This document shows positions 13,017 through 27,052 of a stretch of DNA of 64,000 bases, piece after piece. The stretch is from Octopus vulgaris. Lineage: Eukaryota. How positions within the stretch are numbered: the stretch's first letter is position 1; every line of letters begins with the position of its first letter. The translations under genes and the position numbers were made by a program. The stretch lies in NCBI GenBank assembly GCA_951406725.2, contig OX597823.1:33542001-33606000 (forward strand). Reading direction: 5' to 3'. The notes under the pieces were generated by a model. The model was not told where the DNA came from. It was given only the letters and a program-made list of their open reading frames with translations, and searched no databases.

Positions 13017-13168
13017 TCCCCCCAACACCGCTTGACAACCGGTTCAGCGAAAGAGACCGATAGAATAAGTATCAGGCTTACAAAGAACAAGTCCTGGGGT
13101 CTATTTGCTCGACTAAAGGCGGTGCTCCAGCATGGCCGCAGTCAAAAGGCTGAAACAAATAAAAGAAT
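12770..13168 (+). mobile_element. tRNA-derived SINE, family C (internal TA/TG microsatellite; LINE-like tail)
   Basis: Head aagaagcttgct..ggttcagtc, body ggtagacggaaactgaaagaagcccgtcg, tail ggcggtgctccagcatggccgcagtc..ctgaaac; further copies at 15040, 27545, 41297, 43580, 56003, 56625, 58900. Confidence 0.8.
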
Positions 13169-13839
13169 ATGTTTATAGTTATATTAACAGTCAGGGTACA
13201 ATATGTGCCTGTTTGCTTGAAAAATCGAGACAAGAAGAAAAAGGATAATTCAGCAGAATTTATTGGAAGACATAAGCAAAGAAATAACGTCTTATGAGAA
13301 ACATCAGAAGAGACACCCAGGCGGGCTCCATTGCTTGCATACAACTTGCTGAGTTATCCTTATTCTTTTTCTCAATTTGTCAAATAGTAAACGTATACAT
13401 ACACACTCTCATAAGCTCGTCCTCCTAGCGTTCATAATAATTTTTCTGTCGTCTTGGCTTAACAGACCTCATCGCTTGTTTTTACTGTCTTGTTCTCACT
13501 GTCCGGTTTTTGTTACCGCTTTCACCCTCCGTAAAATATCCCAAATTTATTTGCTTTGCGGGAAGGATTGTTTCAACAAAGTCGCGTATTGTCCTTGCCT
13601 TCGTCACGAGGAGTGGATGAAACAAGGACAACTGATGGAGGGAAATTTTCTTTGTTGCATGTCTGGTTTCTCTGTTGTTTTTTTCGTTGTTCGAAAAAAG
13701 ATCGTTTTCTATGTTTTTATTTTTGTTTTCGTTTCTCATTGTGTTCAAAGTTTTTTTTTTGATGTCCTGTACCCATATATACATGTATATATACATATAT
13801 ATGTAGGTATGTAATATATGTATGTATATATGCATATAT

Positions 13840-13873
<34 letters not shown>

Positions 13874-13936
13874 ACACACACATACATATGTTGTGAACAT
13901 TATATATATATATATGTATGTATGTATATCTATCTG

Positions 13937-13992
<56 letters not shown>

Positions 13993-14221
13993 TATTATTA
14001 TTATTATTATTATTTCTAAATCTCTCTAAAGGAGACTACGACAGCAATATTGGGTATTAATAGTTATTGCCAGCAGTCCAGGAAAATAGGATGAATGCTG
14101 CTGTTGAATAGGTCCAAGAGAGCATCGCCTCTAGTTAGCTATGTAACACACCACACAAACCTGTGTTAATTACAACCTTCGAACAGGGGAGGTCAGAAAC
14201 TTCCCCATGGTGATTCAGACA

Positions 14222-14264
14222 TCCACAGACTAGTTTCAGGGTATTTTCCCCTTATCAATATGGA
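14222..14264 (-). ncRNA. Minimal hammerhead motif, U3-A8 core variant
   Basis: Minus strand: tccata TTGATAA gggg-aaaata-ccct GAAA ctag TC tgtgga (palindromic ACTAGT, GUC triplet). Confidence 0.72.
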
Positions 14265-14352
14265 GTAGTCGGACCCAGCAGGCGTCGCTGTTGACTGTCT
14301 GTTCGAAGGTGTCCTATTTTTCTGGACTGCCATGTTAGCTTGTTGATAACTA

Positions 14353-14536
<184 letters not shown>

Positions 14537-15697
14537 CACATATATTTACACATATCTCTACAGAAAATGCATCATTGATACACATTTATCTGGATATATA
14601 TAATACTGAATTCCAGTTAGATGGCTGCAGATGTCTGCAGTTATAAAAGTATAAATTGTAACGGCAGAAACAGATTGTTTCAAGAAATGTATTTTAGTTC
14701 CGTAATCTTTTCATTCCAAACCTTTTTATAAATGTACAGTTAAAAATCTCTTAAAAAGAAACTGCTAACTTCGACTTTTTTTTATGACTTACGTTGTGTG
14801 ACAAATCGAAGAGGTTATATTTATAAACATCTATCCGCAAACCATAAAATACCACAAAACAAACTTATGTACAAAATAATCTTGATTAACAGTAAGTAAG
14901 AAAAACTTCAATCAATGCATGTTGAGACCTGATTATGTCGCGTATTTTTATTCCTTTCTTTACACGTCACACTGAACATTCTAGTATCAGATCAAAATAC
15001 TTTTTTCATAATCTCTTTCTCTCAACCCATACCCTAAACTTAGAAGCACTTGCCCAAGGTGCCACGCAGTGGGACTGAACCCGCAACCATGTGGTTGGTA
15101 AGAAAGCCTCTTACCACACAGCCACCCCTGCGCCTAGATATATATATATATAATTTTTTCAATAACTTCGAAATTCGACTCACCGATATATATATATTTC
15201 GTTTTGGGATTTGGTTTGCAAGATTCTTTATGTGAGTTCGAGTGTTGAAGCATATTCTGTTGTGTCTGGGGAGAGTCATTCTCTTTGAGTGCCTAAAATC
15301 CTAAGATTTCCGTTTGCGTCTTGCAACCTTTTCAATATACATGCATACACACACACAGACCTCCCCCCACACACAGACAGATACACACACACACACGCAC
15401 ACACATACACACACACATATATATACATAAATAATATATGTATGTATATATGTAGTAATAATACTTTTTCAATTCACAAATAAAATCCCAAATAGGTCAG
15501 GAATTTTTCTCGGCTTTAGATAATCACTTCCCAAATTCTTGCAAATATCACAAAATTATCAACAGACATAATACGAAATTAGCAGATGCGACAGTCTTGA
15601 ATACTACATACACAAATTAAATAGCTTAAAAGTCAGTGGGATAAAACAAGAGGGGGCTTATAGAAAAACCGCAGATGAAAACAAAAACAACGATGGA

Positions 15698-16363
<666 letters not shown>

Positions 16364-16989
16364 ACACATTCACAATATTCATACATAAACACACATAATA
16401 CACACACACACAACAGTATGACCGATTACATTTTTACATCCACACACTCACCTAAAAACGACACAAGAACACACACGGGAGAACACATGCTATGCGCACA
16501 CATTTGCTGCTACTTACATACGTTTGCACACACACATACACACACACGCACACACACAATTGATAACCTCATGCATATACGTTAGATAGCCTCGCACACT
16601 CCAACACATATGCAAACGTCCACATACGCACACACCACTCCCTACGCGCACGCATTTGTTTACTCACACATATATTCATACGCATGCACTCGCCCATACA
16701 CACATATGCACACGCACACATTATCCTCACATACACTCACATACTTGCGAGCGCACACTTTGGACAGGTTGCTGTTGTCATCCTCGCCACCCTTGTCTCC
16801 AATAACTTCCTTTCTTCAAGTTAGTTCAACTTGTGCAACCGTTAATTCAGACACGTTTCCCCCACTTTCCATCAGCTTTCTTTCCTTTGTGTAGAATAGC
16901 ATAGGTTCGAAACGTCAACGACTCTTCCATTATTCCTTTGTTTTTCTCCCACTTGTTCTTTGGTTTTTGTACGAATTTGAATCATATAT

Positions 16990-17630
16990 ATACGAGGGTA
17001 AGTCAAAAATTACCGTACTTTTGCCATGACATACCTTTATTATTGTCACACTGCCTTCTGCGCATGCGTGCCTATACTCAGTACTCTTGTGGTCACACTG
17101 GTGCTATTGCGGTGGTATTGTGGTCACGAAGTTTGAGCCTGATCGCGCCGTTTTTCTTTCTCGCTTTACAGTGTAAGGATGGCCGCTTCACTAGCAGTAA
17201 GCACCAAAGAAGAACAAAGAGCAGTGATCCGATTTCTTTGGAAAAGGGGTGTACGATCAACATTGCAAGATACAGTGCTTTACTGGCCAACAAACTGAAG
17301 CTAGCAATTCGCACCAAACGCCGAGGCCTGTCGTCGAAGAAAGTTTTGTTGTTGCATGACAACGCCCAGACCGTTGAAACCATTAACCGATTGGGTTTTG
17401 AGGTGCTGAAACACCCTGCAAACAGCCTAGACTATCATATCTTTGGACCGCTCAAAGATGGATTACGACGTCGTCGATTTCCTATGGATGAAGCTGTGAA
17501 GGAAGCAGTGCATAAATGGTTGCACGACCAACCGAAAACCCTCTTCTTGGAGGGAGTACGCAAACTTGTGGACCGCTGGACTAAGTGTATCGAAAAGGAA
17601 GGAGACTATATAGAAAAATGATATACTTGT
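16990..17630 (+). mobile_element. Internally deleted mariner element
   Basis: TIR-like tacgagggtaagtcaaaaatt; LLHDNA, VLKHP, DYHIFGPLK, RWTKCIEKEGDYIEK. Confidence 0.85.
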
Positions 17631-17674
17631 TTATCCCCTGCTTTTGTATGAATACATTGAAAAAAACAACAACA

Positions 17675-18172
17675 CAGGTGTTGATGAGTGGTTGAATAAA
17701 CAAATCCAAGCTTCTCTGCTAGTTCCTCAACAGTTACGATGGGATTTTGTTCCACCAGAGTTTTCAAAACGCCTTCGTCGAGCTCTACATATCTTCCAGT
17801 ATGAGGCTCGTCTTCTAGGCTGTAGTTTCCGGCTCGGAATTTCTTGAACCACCGTTGACATTCGCTTACGCATATTGTCCAATCCCCATATACTGCATTA
17901 ATATTCCTCGTACTTTTCGCTATGATGTTGCCTTTATTGAATTCATAAAGCAAAATATGCCAAATATTCTCCTTTGCCACTTGCATTATAGCTTTGAAAA
18001 AATAACTATTAACATCGAACTGCACTCTTCAAAACTTGCACTAAGAATAAATACAAGGTGAAATTACTACCCGCTTTTACGGCAATTTGATGCAGGTAGT
18101 TGATCCTGTCCCCCTGTGACTTTTAATTCATGCAATTGAAAAAACCCGCATTATTTATGGGATGATCCAATA
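17675..18172 (-). mobile_element. Mariner 5' fragment (HTH domains)
   Basis: HILLYEFNKG, RWFKKFRAGNYSLEDEPHTGR; TIR ttggatcatcccataaataatgcgg matches the end at 37923. Confidence 0.85.
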
Positions 18173-18323
18173 TATACATGTATACACGTCCTTTACGGGA
18201 AACGTTTTTGAGTAAGTATATAGAAACCCTTATTTTATTATGTCGGATACAGCCTAACTAATGATATCAACTTGCAATAGCAGTTTTGCAGGGTTGTACT
18301 GAGTTGTGCCGATATAATATAGG

Positions 18324-18380
<57 letters not shown>

Positions 18381-18937
18381 TGCCCTGATGCAGTACCAGG
18401 CAGTGGCTTTCATGGCTTCTGATCTTAACTGATTGGAAGTGTTATCATGTACATTGTTTTGTCTTGGTATAAAAGATGGGCTACAGCAAATATTCTGCTC
18501 AATACCACAGATTTGCTTGTCAGTTGTTTGACTTTAACCAGTTGAGCATGTCCCTTAGTGGCTGATGATATGTGCATCTCTGATCACGTGCAGAAGTAGT
18601 TGGGGAGCATCATAGCCATGTGTTGAGAGGGATTCTTTGGGGTTTGAATAATTCACTTCTGGAAACATGGGTGGTTCTTTCAACATCCTTAAACAACCCT
18701 TATTCAGGGACCTTTTGAGCGGGATGGGCTACTCAACCTGAAGAAAATTCTAACTGGGCCCCACCTGCAAGGTCATGTGCTGTTTATCTTGATATGAGAT
18801 CGCTATGTCGCGCATATATGGTTGTGATGCATGTGCCTGGTGTACCCTTATCAGACGGGTAGTCATGATGGGTATATTGGGCTTCGTATATTTTACCCCA
18901 GTGTCACTTTGATGGCATGAACTGCTCTCTCACTCAA
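18381..18937. repeat. ~555-bp non-coding interspersed repeat embedded in (AAT)n
   Basis: Highly similar copies at 31028-31532 and 29450-29658, abutting (AAT)n arrays. Confidence 0.85.
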
Positions 18938-19749
18938 TAATAATAATAATAATAATAATGATGATGATGATGATGATGATGATAATTCATGGATGGAATT
19001 TATAAATATTTTAATGCATCACTACGCGCGTTTGCACAAATTGCGTTTCTTTTTTTTTATCCTAGTTCATATTCTTGAGATGTTTATAGCACAGACCGTA
19101 GTATCCATGGACATCGGGTGGATTATAGTTCATGTGCTCATTTCATTGGGGGATATGGCACTAACGTTGGAAGCAACGAATGTATAACCGAAGGATGCTT
19201 ATCAATTTTCACCAATCAAAAGCTTGATTGGTGTATGTAGGCAGTTTTGTGTGTAATTGATAGGGAGGAGTAGAAGGCGATGGAAAGAGAAAAAGGAATG
19301 GTAATGATAAAGGAGAGAGAAGAGTGTGTGGTGAGGCTAGACTTGTTTTGAAATTTGTTTCTGCAGATGTCGGGATGGGCAGTATAGTTCATTCGTTTGA
19401 CCTTAATCACAGCAGACGCTTCCTCAATGAATTCAGATGTAGGGTCAGGAAGTAAACAGTAAATTCTGGTGTTGAAGTTCATTGTTTAAGTCGACAAATT
19501 GTGCTCTCTTAAAGGGTCCTTCTAATTACTTCTGGCGGTATAATGATATAGTATAAAGTATAGGAAAATAGTATTTTGTTATTATTTGTTTTTTGTTTTG
19601 TTTTGTTTAGTTGGTTTATATGTTCTCTTGTTCCATTAAATGCCAATGGCGGTAAGAGTTTTTCTGCTTCAAAATGTTCTTTTCGTATTCTAGGAATGAT
19701 GCCTTGGTTTTATGCTTGCATGATATAATTACTTTGAAATGTTAATTAA

Positions 19750-20520
19750 TTATATTTTCTCTGGATGTGATGTCCAGGGTTTCCTCTTGACATAAGTTAC
19801 ACACCCACGATGTTATATTGTATGGTCTAGCGTTTCTTTTTTTGTTTTGTTGGATCTTTTCCCTTTGAAAGGCAGTTCGGACACTGGTAGAATGTGTCAT
19901 ATAAAAGATCATTTACTCTTAGTGTTGTTGAGAAAAGTTTCTATTTTTCAAAGATATTTCGAGTTAAAGTTGTCGTATTTCGGTAATTTCAACCAATCAA
20001 TGACGTGTATTCAGCTGAATGAAATTACTGCCGTTGTTTCTCAACAACAACTATCGGCGGTGAATATTTCGCTTAAAAGTGTTTAGTTACAAAAAATTAA
20101 TTCCTCGATCTGCCGTTCAAAGGAAAAAGATCCGTTTTGTTTTTTATAGACCAGTTGGTCGAATGCTCCACTCCATTCTGTTTGAGCTTCCAGATGAAGT
20201 TAGATAATGATGTAGAGTGCCTTTTGGTTATATTGGAAAAAATGGTTGCGCAGACGATTTTGCATGGTGCCTCTGGTATTTCTGTGTACCCTTTTTTTAC
20301 TTCACATTCGTAAACCACATTTCTTACCATGCAGTTGTTATGACATTTGAATGAATTTTTCCGTCTGATGTTACATGATATAACTTCTTTGGTTCTAACA
20401 GCGGAGTTATTATTAGTTCTCACATTTGTTCTTCCTTCAGCAACAGTGTCCTTATTTTCCTTAGGTATGTATTGCACCGCCTATTGTATGACGCTGTTTC
20501 GACCCATTTTTGCCATGAAG
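19750..20520 (-). mobile_element. Penelope-like GIY-YIG fragment, interrupted by a MITE
   Basis: NNCMVRNVVYECEV, TSLSNFIWKLK...NWSI, then RPYNITSWVCNLCQEE after the insertion. Confidence 0.7.
19852..20133. mobile_element. MITE with ~24-bp TIRs and 8-bp TSD
   Basis: ggatcttttccctttgaaaggcag / ctgccgttcaaaggaaaaagatcc; TSD gttttgtt at 19844-19851 and 20134-20141. Confidence 0.8.
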
Positions 20521-20555
20521 AAGCTTTTATCATTCCTATTTATTATTATTCCATT

Positions 20556-20804
20556 GTTACAATTCTATATTTAAGAGATGAGGAATTATGTACAATATTT
20601 ACTTTTGACGGATATTTGTCCTCGTCTTGTTTGTTGTTAACACAACGTTTCAGCTGATATACCCTCCAGCCTTCATCAGGTGTCTTGGGGAAATTTTGAA
20701 CCTGGGTTTTCATTCCTAAGGTATTTTTCGATGTTCTTCTTCTCCTTCTTCTTCTTCTTCTTCTTCTTCTTCTTCTTCTTCTTCTTCTTCTTCTTCTTCT
20801 TCTT

Positions 20805-20875
<71 letters not shown>

Positions 20876-21060
20876 GCCCGTGGGCGTATGGCGTAGTGGT
20901 TAAGAGCACTAACCCCAAGATTCGGAAAACTACCTTAGCAATGAAAATCCAGGTTCGAAGTTTTCCCAAGACATCTGATGAAGGATAGAGGGTATATCAA
21001 CCGAAACGTGTTAACAACAAACAAGATGAGGACAAATATCCCTCAAATGTAAATAATGTA
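20556..21060. mobile_element. Second copy of the fold-back tRNA-head/hammerhead element
   Basis: Same centre tgccc-gt-gggc (~20875-20885); intact HHR on the minus strand (20640-20683), degenerate HHR on the plus strand (20971-21011). Confidence 0.8.
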
Positions 21061-21377
21061 TTGTGTATGTTTGTGTGTCTGTATGTATGTGAACGAATGT
21101 ATGTGTCCCTGTTATCAGTTGGTGTGTGTGTATGGGGCTGTTAGATAAAGCGTGTGTATATGGAGTTAACATGTATGTGTATATTCTATGTTTGTGCGTA
21201 TGTATATGTTTGTGTGAGGGCGTTTGTGTGTGTGTGTGGTAGGGGATGTATGTAGGTTGATCTGGATGGAGGTATGAGGTGGAATAGGGGTGACCGGAGC
21301 TAGGGGTTGGGAGGGTTAGGGTTCGTGACTATATACATACTACAATACGTGGCATAAGTGAGTGAGTGAGGGTGCTG

Positions 21378-21411
<34 letters not shown>

Positions 21412-21559
21412 TGGGTACTGAATATAACGGTGTAGAGGTGTGTGGGGTAGAGGATGATACGCAGCGGAAGGTGGGACGTGTATGGTGTGTGGAGGTGGGT
21501 TTAGGTAAAGAGAGACGACGAAGTGAAACGGAAGAATGAAGAGAGAATATAAATTTCTG

Positions 21560-21712
21560 CTCTCTACGGAGGGGGGAATCCGGGTGGCCTCTGTACAAAG
21601 CCAGTCCGGACACACAGACACAGATGTGGCGAATGACCAGTCGAGTGGCGGTGGTACGAGACCGGGGTGATATTTCCGACTTTGATGTCCCGAAGATGTT
21701 CAAGATACAATG

Positions 21713-21791
<79 letters not shown>

Positions 21792-22200
21792 AGAGGATGC
21801 AGTGAACGACGTTGCTAGAGGTGCAAGTGAATGAATCTGTAATGTGGTAGGGGCAGTGGTGGGTGCTGGTGAGTGTAATGGTGTTGGAAGGGTAGGGACA
21901 GGTGCGGCAACGTGAGCGAGAGTACAGGAAGGAGTCAGGTTCGGTGCCAGGAGAGGAGAGGTGAGTGATAACCAAAACATCGAGAAATAAATAGAGGCGT
22001 CGGAGACAAAACAGGAGAATTCAAAATCAGGCTGGAAAGACTGGATGAAAGAGAGGAAGGAGTCGAGTTGTTTGCAGGAAAGTCAGGTCGCGCCGATACA
22101 GTCGTTAGTGTAACGACCATATAGCTCACGAATGGAACCGATGAACTGAGTGAATAGCTGGGCCTCAACAAGGCCAACGAATATGGACACTCCCGAGACT
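21560..22200 (-). mobile_element. Penelope-like GIY-YIG remnant split by (GA)n
   Basis: HITDSFTCTSSNVVHCILCS ... EHLRDIKVGNITPVSYH. Confidence 0.6.
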
Positions 22201-22746
22201 TGATGGTCTCTCGTTCCCACGACTATTCCCCGAGACTTGATGGTAAAATTCACCCACGAACGAGAACCAATTTATAGAGAGGACAAGAGGCATTTAGAGA
22301 GAAGTTCAGAGGGGCGACCAGGGTTGTTGAGTTTGTGGATTTTTAGGGAAATATATGAAAGGGTGCGTGGGCTACGGACAATGAGGTTGGAGGCGGTTTA
22401 ATGATGATGGCTTGATAGCATCGGAGGCATCAAAGGGTTGAGAGTTCGGCTCGGGAAACATTGAAATGCTGGGGACGCCCGCCCCCGACACGCGCGCACG
22501 CGCACACGCGCACACACAAACACATAGTAGGTTCATTTCTACAGTACTCGACTTCTCATTACCACAGTAAGCCTACTCCTACCATACAGCCTCCCCCTCT
22601 CCGCCTAAAGGAACGTTGCTATTCAAAGAAAAAGAAAACAGGAAGGAAAGATGAAAGAAGAAATCGGAAGGAAAAGTATAAATTGTAAAGAAATAATTTC
22701 TTTATTTGCTATTTTGCTATAAGGCATATGTATGTGTGTATGCTTA

Positions 22747-22779
<33 letters not shown>

Positions 22780-22784
<5 letters not shown>

Positions 22785-24590
22785 TAAAAAATGGAGTTAA
22801 CGCAGGTGTAAACAAATATTTTTACTTTCGACACATGTTTCGAAAATTCCACTGATACTATTCAAAAGAATAAATGGTATAAACAATGCAATCTTCTCTT
22901 CGGGAAAGTGAAAAAAAAACAAAACTCGTCAATACGACATTTTAGCAAAAAATGATGGATTTGTATAGCGATAGACAGAACGCTATTAATATTGTTTAAA
23001 ATAAACGTTATATGATATAACGTCATAAGTAGCTAACAGAAAGAGTAGGGATATTAATAGTGAATGTTAAATATAAAGGAAATTAAAGTTTAAATTATAT
23101 ATAATGATAGAGACTACTTATACGCACTAAATGTATGTTTTTGCCAATGCTTACATCTGTATGCTCGCTCTATAACCGTGTTTACTAGAGTATTTTTAGA
23201 AAAAATAATGAAAAATAGCTCAGAATTGCAGAGAAGACAGAATTTCTTGCCTTTGTCATATGGTATCGAAATTGAGAGGATCAACCATTCTAAATGAAAT
23301 TGTTCATTGTGGTCTTTTAAATCCCAAATCAGTTTGCTGAGACCGGTACTATTCCGTTTATTTCCATCCCTAAATGTTGAGTAATGGATAGAAATTCTTT
23401 TAGATAACTCTAACGATGTGCTTCCAATGTAAAATCGTACTTTATTACGAGTACTGATTATACACTGGTATATAGAATTTTTAACCTTAGAATTACTTGA
23501 CATAAACTTAGTTCTATTGGAATTGACTTCAGATACAATAACCTTGTTATTAATATTTCTAGAGGGTTGGATGGTATTAGCTAAATTAATGTTAGTATTA
23601 GTAAATGTATTAATATTTAACAGTTTGTTATTATGAGAAGATATAATTTGCAGAGATTTTTTTGTGTTTGAAAAACCTATCCTAACCTTATGTGAATTAA
23701 TTATAGAGTAATATCTAGAATTGTTTGGAAAATTCCTAGCAATAGCTTGACGAAACAGCAGTGGGAGATTAGATTTAATTTGTCTCCCATAAAGGATTAT
23801 TAACCAAATATTTTTACTAGTATTCATAGCGTAATTACTTTTGAAGGTGTTATATTTACTTTTAGATCTATAATAGGCGATTAAATAAGGGTTATCTGCC
23901 TTCATTCGCTTTGTATCGGTGCGTAAGTTATGTTTGTTATCAATAATTCTTTTACGACTAGAAATCTTATCTACATTATTGAATTTACAATTAGACTGAG
24001 CAGAATCAATGTAGAAAATTTTTTCTGTATAACCTGCTTTGATTAAGGCAGAGTTATAGAATTCAGCGTTATTATTGAAAATATCAACATTAGTAGATAA
24101 TTTTGATAATCTAAATGAAATATTCTTAACTAAATTCTTAGTAATTGCTCCAGGATGATTACTAAATTTGCTAATGTACTTAAGATTGGTCAACGGTTTA
24201 TGATATGGGAAGTAAGAGTCACTGTGTAAATTAAGCGTAATATCTAAAAAGTTGGCCTTCGTCAGATCGTCATCAAAAACGATTTTTTAAGCCCATTCTA
24301 CTGAAAAAATTAACTAAACTATTCTTAACTTTTTGTAATTTTTGGTTGGAAACATTTTGGAGGTAAAGTAAACAATCATCACAATATAGACCTCCATAAA
24401 TGTTAGGGAGCTCTTCAGCCATTTCAAAAAGAATATATATACAGACCAAATCAGCTATCTGTGCTGAATCAGAACTTCCCATTGGTATATCGAAACTATC
24501 TGGTGTCTTTACGGACCCACAACTTATCATCAAATTTAATAATAGATCTTCTGGCTGCCAACACAACATTAATTTCTTCTCGGGTTATAT
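22780..24590 (-). mobile_element. 5'-truncated Penelope-like retroelement (RT C-half + GIY-YIG)
   Basis: IPMGSSDSAQIADL, GGLYCDD, YISKFSNHP, NSIYQC...FYIGSTS..KRISIH, TGLSKLIWDLK, CLLCNSE; frameshift near 24270. Confidence 0.9.
22824..22909 (-). ncRNA. Hammerhead motif (U4C core) in the 3' pseudo-LTR of the adjacent Penelope
   Basis: actttc CCGAAGA gaagatt...aattttc GAAA catgtg TC gaaagt. Confidence 0.7.
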
Positions 24591-24591
24591 A

Positions 24592-24629
<38 letters not shown>

Positions 24630-24664
24630 TATATATATATATATATATATATATGCATATATAT

Positions 24665-24987
24665 ATTGTGGCACTCCGTCGGTTACGACGACGAGGGTTC
24701 CAGTTGATCTGATCAACGGAACAGCCTGCTCGTGAAATTAACGTGCAAGTGGCTGAGCACTCCACAGACACGTGTGTCCCTAACGTTCTTTTCAGAGAGA
24801 TTCAGCGCGACACAGTGTGACAAGTCTGGGCCTTTGAAATACAGGTACTACTCATTTTTGCCAGCTGAGTGTACTGGAGTAAAGTGAAATAAATTGTCTT
24901 GCTCAAGAATACAACGCGTTGACAGGAATGAACTCACAGTCTTATGATCATCAGCCGAATGCGCCTAACCACTAAGCCACGTACCTT
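24665..24987 (-). mobile_element. SINE family B
   Basis: Reverse-complement match to 25790-26108. Confidence 0.8.
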
Positions 24988-25057
24988 CAATTACATAAAT
25001 TATACAACAGTAAACTCAGACGCATAAACATATGACTTGTTAACAATAACACTCTGG

Positions 25058-25107
<50 letters not shown>

Positions 25108-25449
25108 ACACACAGACACACACACAGACATACACACAGACACACACACAGACAGACAGACAGACACACACACACATACACACACACATACGCGCACACA
25201 CACATGCACATTAAATATTCGGGGGTCAGTATACTCTAGGCACAAGGCTCGAAATTTTGGGGGAAGAGGCCAGTCGATTAGATCGACCCCAGTGCGTAAC
25301 TGGTACTCAATTTATCGACCCCGAAAGGATGAAAGGCAACGCCAAATTATACATGAAGCCACTCACACTCACACATGCATGTACACGCACATACGTATTA
25401 AAAGCATACATATATACATACATACATAGATACATACATGCATACATAT

Positions 25450-25491
<42 letters not shown>

Positions 25492-25496
<5 letters not shown>

Positions 25497-25661
25497 AAAT
25501 AAGAAAACGGAGAAATACATCCAAATCAAATATCAATTACCAGATTATACCCAATCACATACTTTATTAAACCACCGGTGGTTTAATATAGTATGTAATT
25601 GGGTATCATCTGGTAATTGATATTTGATTTGGATGTATTTCTCCATTTTCTTATTTTGTAT
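25492..25661. repeat. ~170-bp imperfect palindrome with no spacer
   Basis: Centre accac-cg-gtggt (25571-25582); a single-arm copy lies at 55348-55432. Confidence 0.85.
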
Positions 25662-25789
25662 TATGAATTTGTGGTAAAACATTTTACCTTTGCCCATATA
25701 ATACAGTAAATGAATTAATTGCATCGCAATTCTTAACATTTATTTATTAACTTTGTTGGGTACTTCGCTAGCAGTATATTGGATATGTG

Positions 25790-26108
25790 AGGGCGTGTGG
25801 CTTAGTGGTTAGGGCATTCGGCTCATGATCGTAAGGTTGTGAGTTCGATTCCCGGCGACGCGTTGTGTCCTTGAGCAAGACACTTTATTTCACGTTGCTC
25901 CAGTCCACTCAGCTGGCAAAAATGAGTTGTACTTGTATTTCAAAGGGTCAGCCTTGTCACTCTCTGTGTCACGCTGATTATCCCCGAGAACTACGTTCAG
26001 GGTACACGTGTCTGTGGAATGCTCAGCCATTTGCACGTTAATTTCACGAGCAAGCTGTTCCGTTGATCGTATCAGCTGGGACCCTCGTCGTCGTAACCGG
26101 CGGAGTCT
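25790..26108 (+). mobile_element. SINE family B
   Basis: tggcttagtggttagggc A box, gagttcgattcc B box, tail ccctcgtcgtcgtaacc. Confidence 0.85.
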
Positions 26109-26191
26109 TTAAGATATTGGATATATGTTATCCCATAGAGGGTTGCATTTACAACCTCTATCTCAATTTGTACATATATATATATATATAT

Positions 26192-27052
26192 GTTCTTGTC
26201 CCAGTTTGTGTTTTTTTTAACTTTTACATATATACATGGCGGCTACGTATCCTACCTTTTGACCCTATACGTAAGTATATTACTCTCTAACATTGGTACG
26301 ACTCTACTACACTGTCTCTTCCCCCCCTCTCCTACATTTCTCTGCCTTCACCCTTTGCACTCCCCTTGTTCTGTCTCTTTCCCTCTCTTTCTTCTCCCTT
26401 GTTCCCCTTCTTTCTTTCTCTCTTCCTCCGTCCCCCCTCTCCCACATTTCTCTGCCTCTCAGACCTTATACCCCACTTGACCTGTCCCTTTCCCTCTCTT
26501 GCTTCTCCCTTGTTCCCCTTCTTTCTCTCTTCATCTGTCCCTTTCTCCTTTTTTGTGCTCACGTGACCAGCCAGCTACTACTGCCTTTTCGCATCAAGTA
26601 GTCTGTGTGGCAACACGTATTTGTTTGTGTCCGTTGCCTTCAGGCACTTTTTCCACAGCCAGCCCTATACTCAACTCGTCCTGTCGAAAGACGCTTGTCC
26701 TGACGTCCTGGTTTCGTTATTACTGTTTTTACGTTATTTTGTATTCTTATTCGTGCTATCGTTATTGTTTTTACGTATTTTTGAATTTTTTTTTTCGAGT
26801 AACATCGTCCGTTTTTCCGTCACCGTGTTGTATACTTTCGAGGTTTTCTTCCAAGGAATCTAATGCTTTTGGCTTAGATTTCCCTTGGTGGCTGCCCAGA
26901 TCGGAGCAATCTCAAGATTAATCAGCCGAAATTGCGAAGATGATCTGGTTCTTGACTGATGACTGAGAGCTTCGAAAGTCCCGTCTGTGTGTTTTTTTGT
27001 CGTCTTCTAAATGTTTCACGTTCTTGTCCCAGTTTGTGTATTTTTTAACTTT

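Noticed and set aside
13585-13700. Hairpin plus ctgatgg as a ribozyme
   Set aside because: Could not assemble a hammerhead; probably a decayed repeat.
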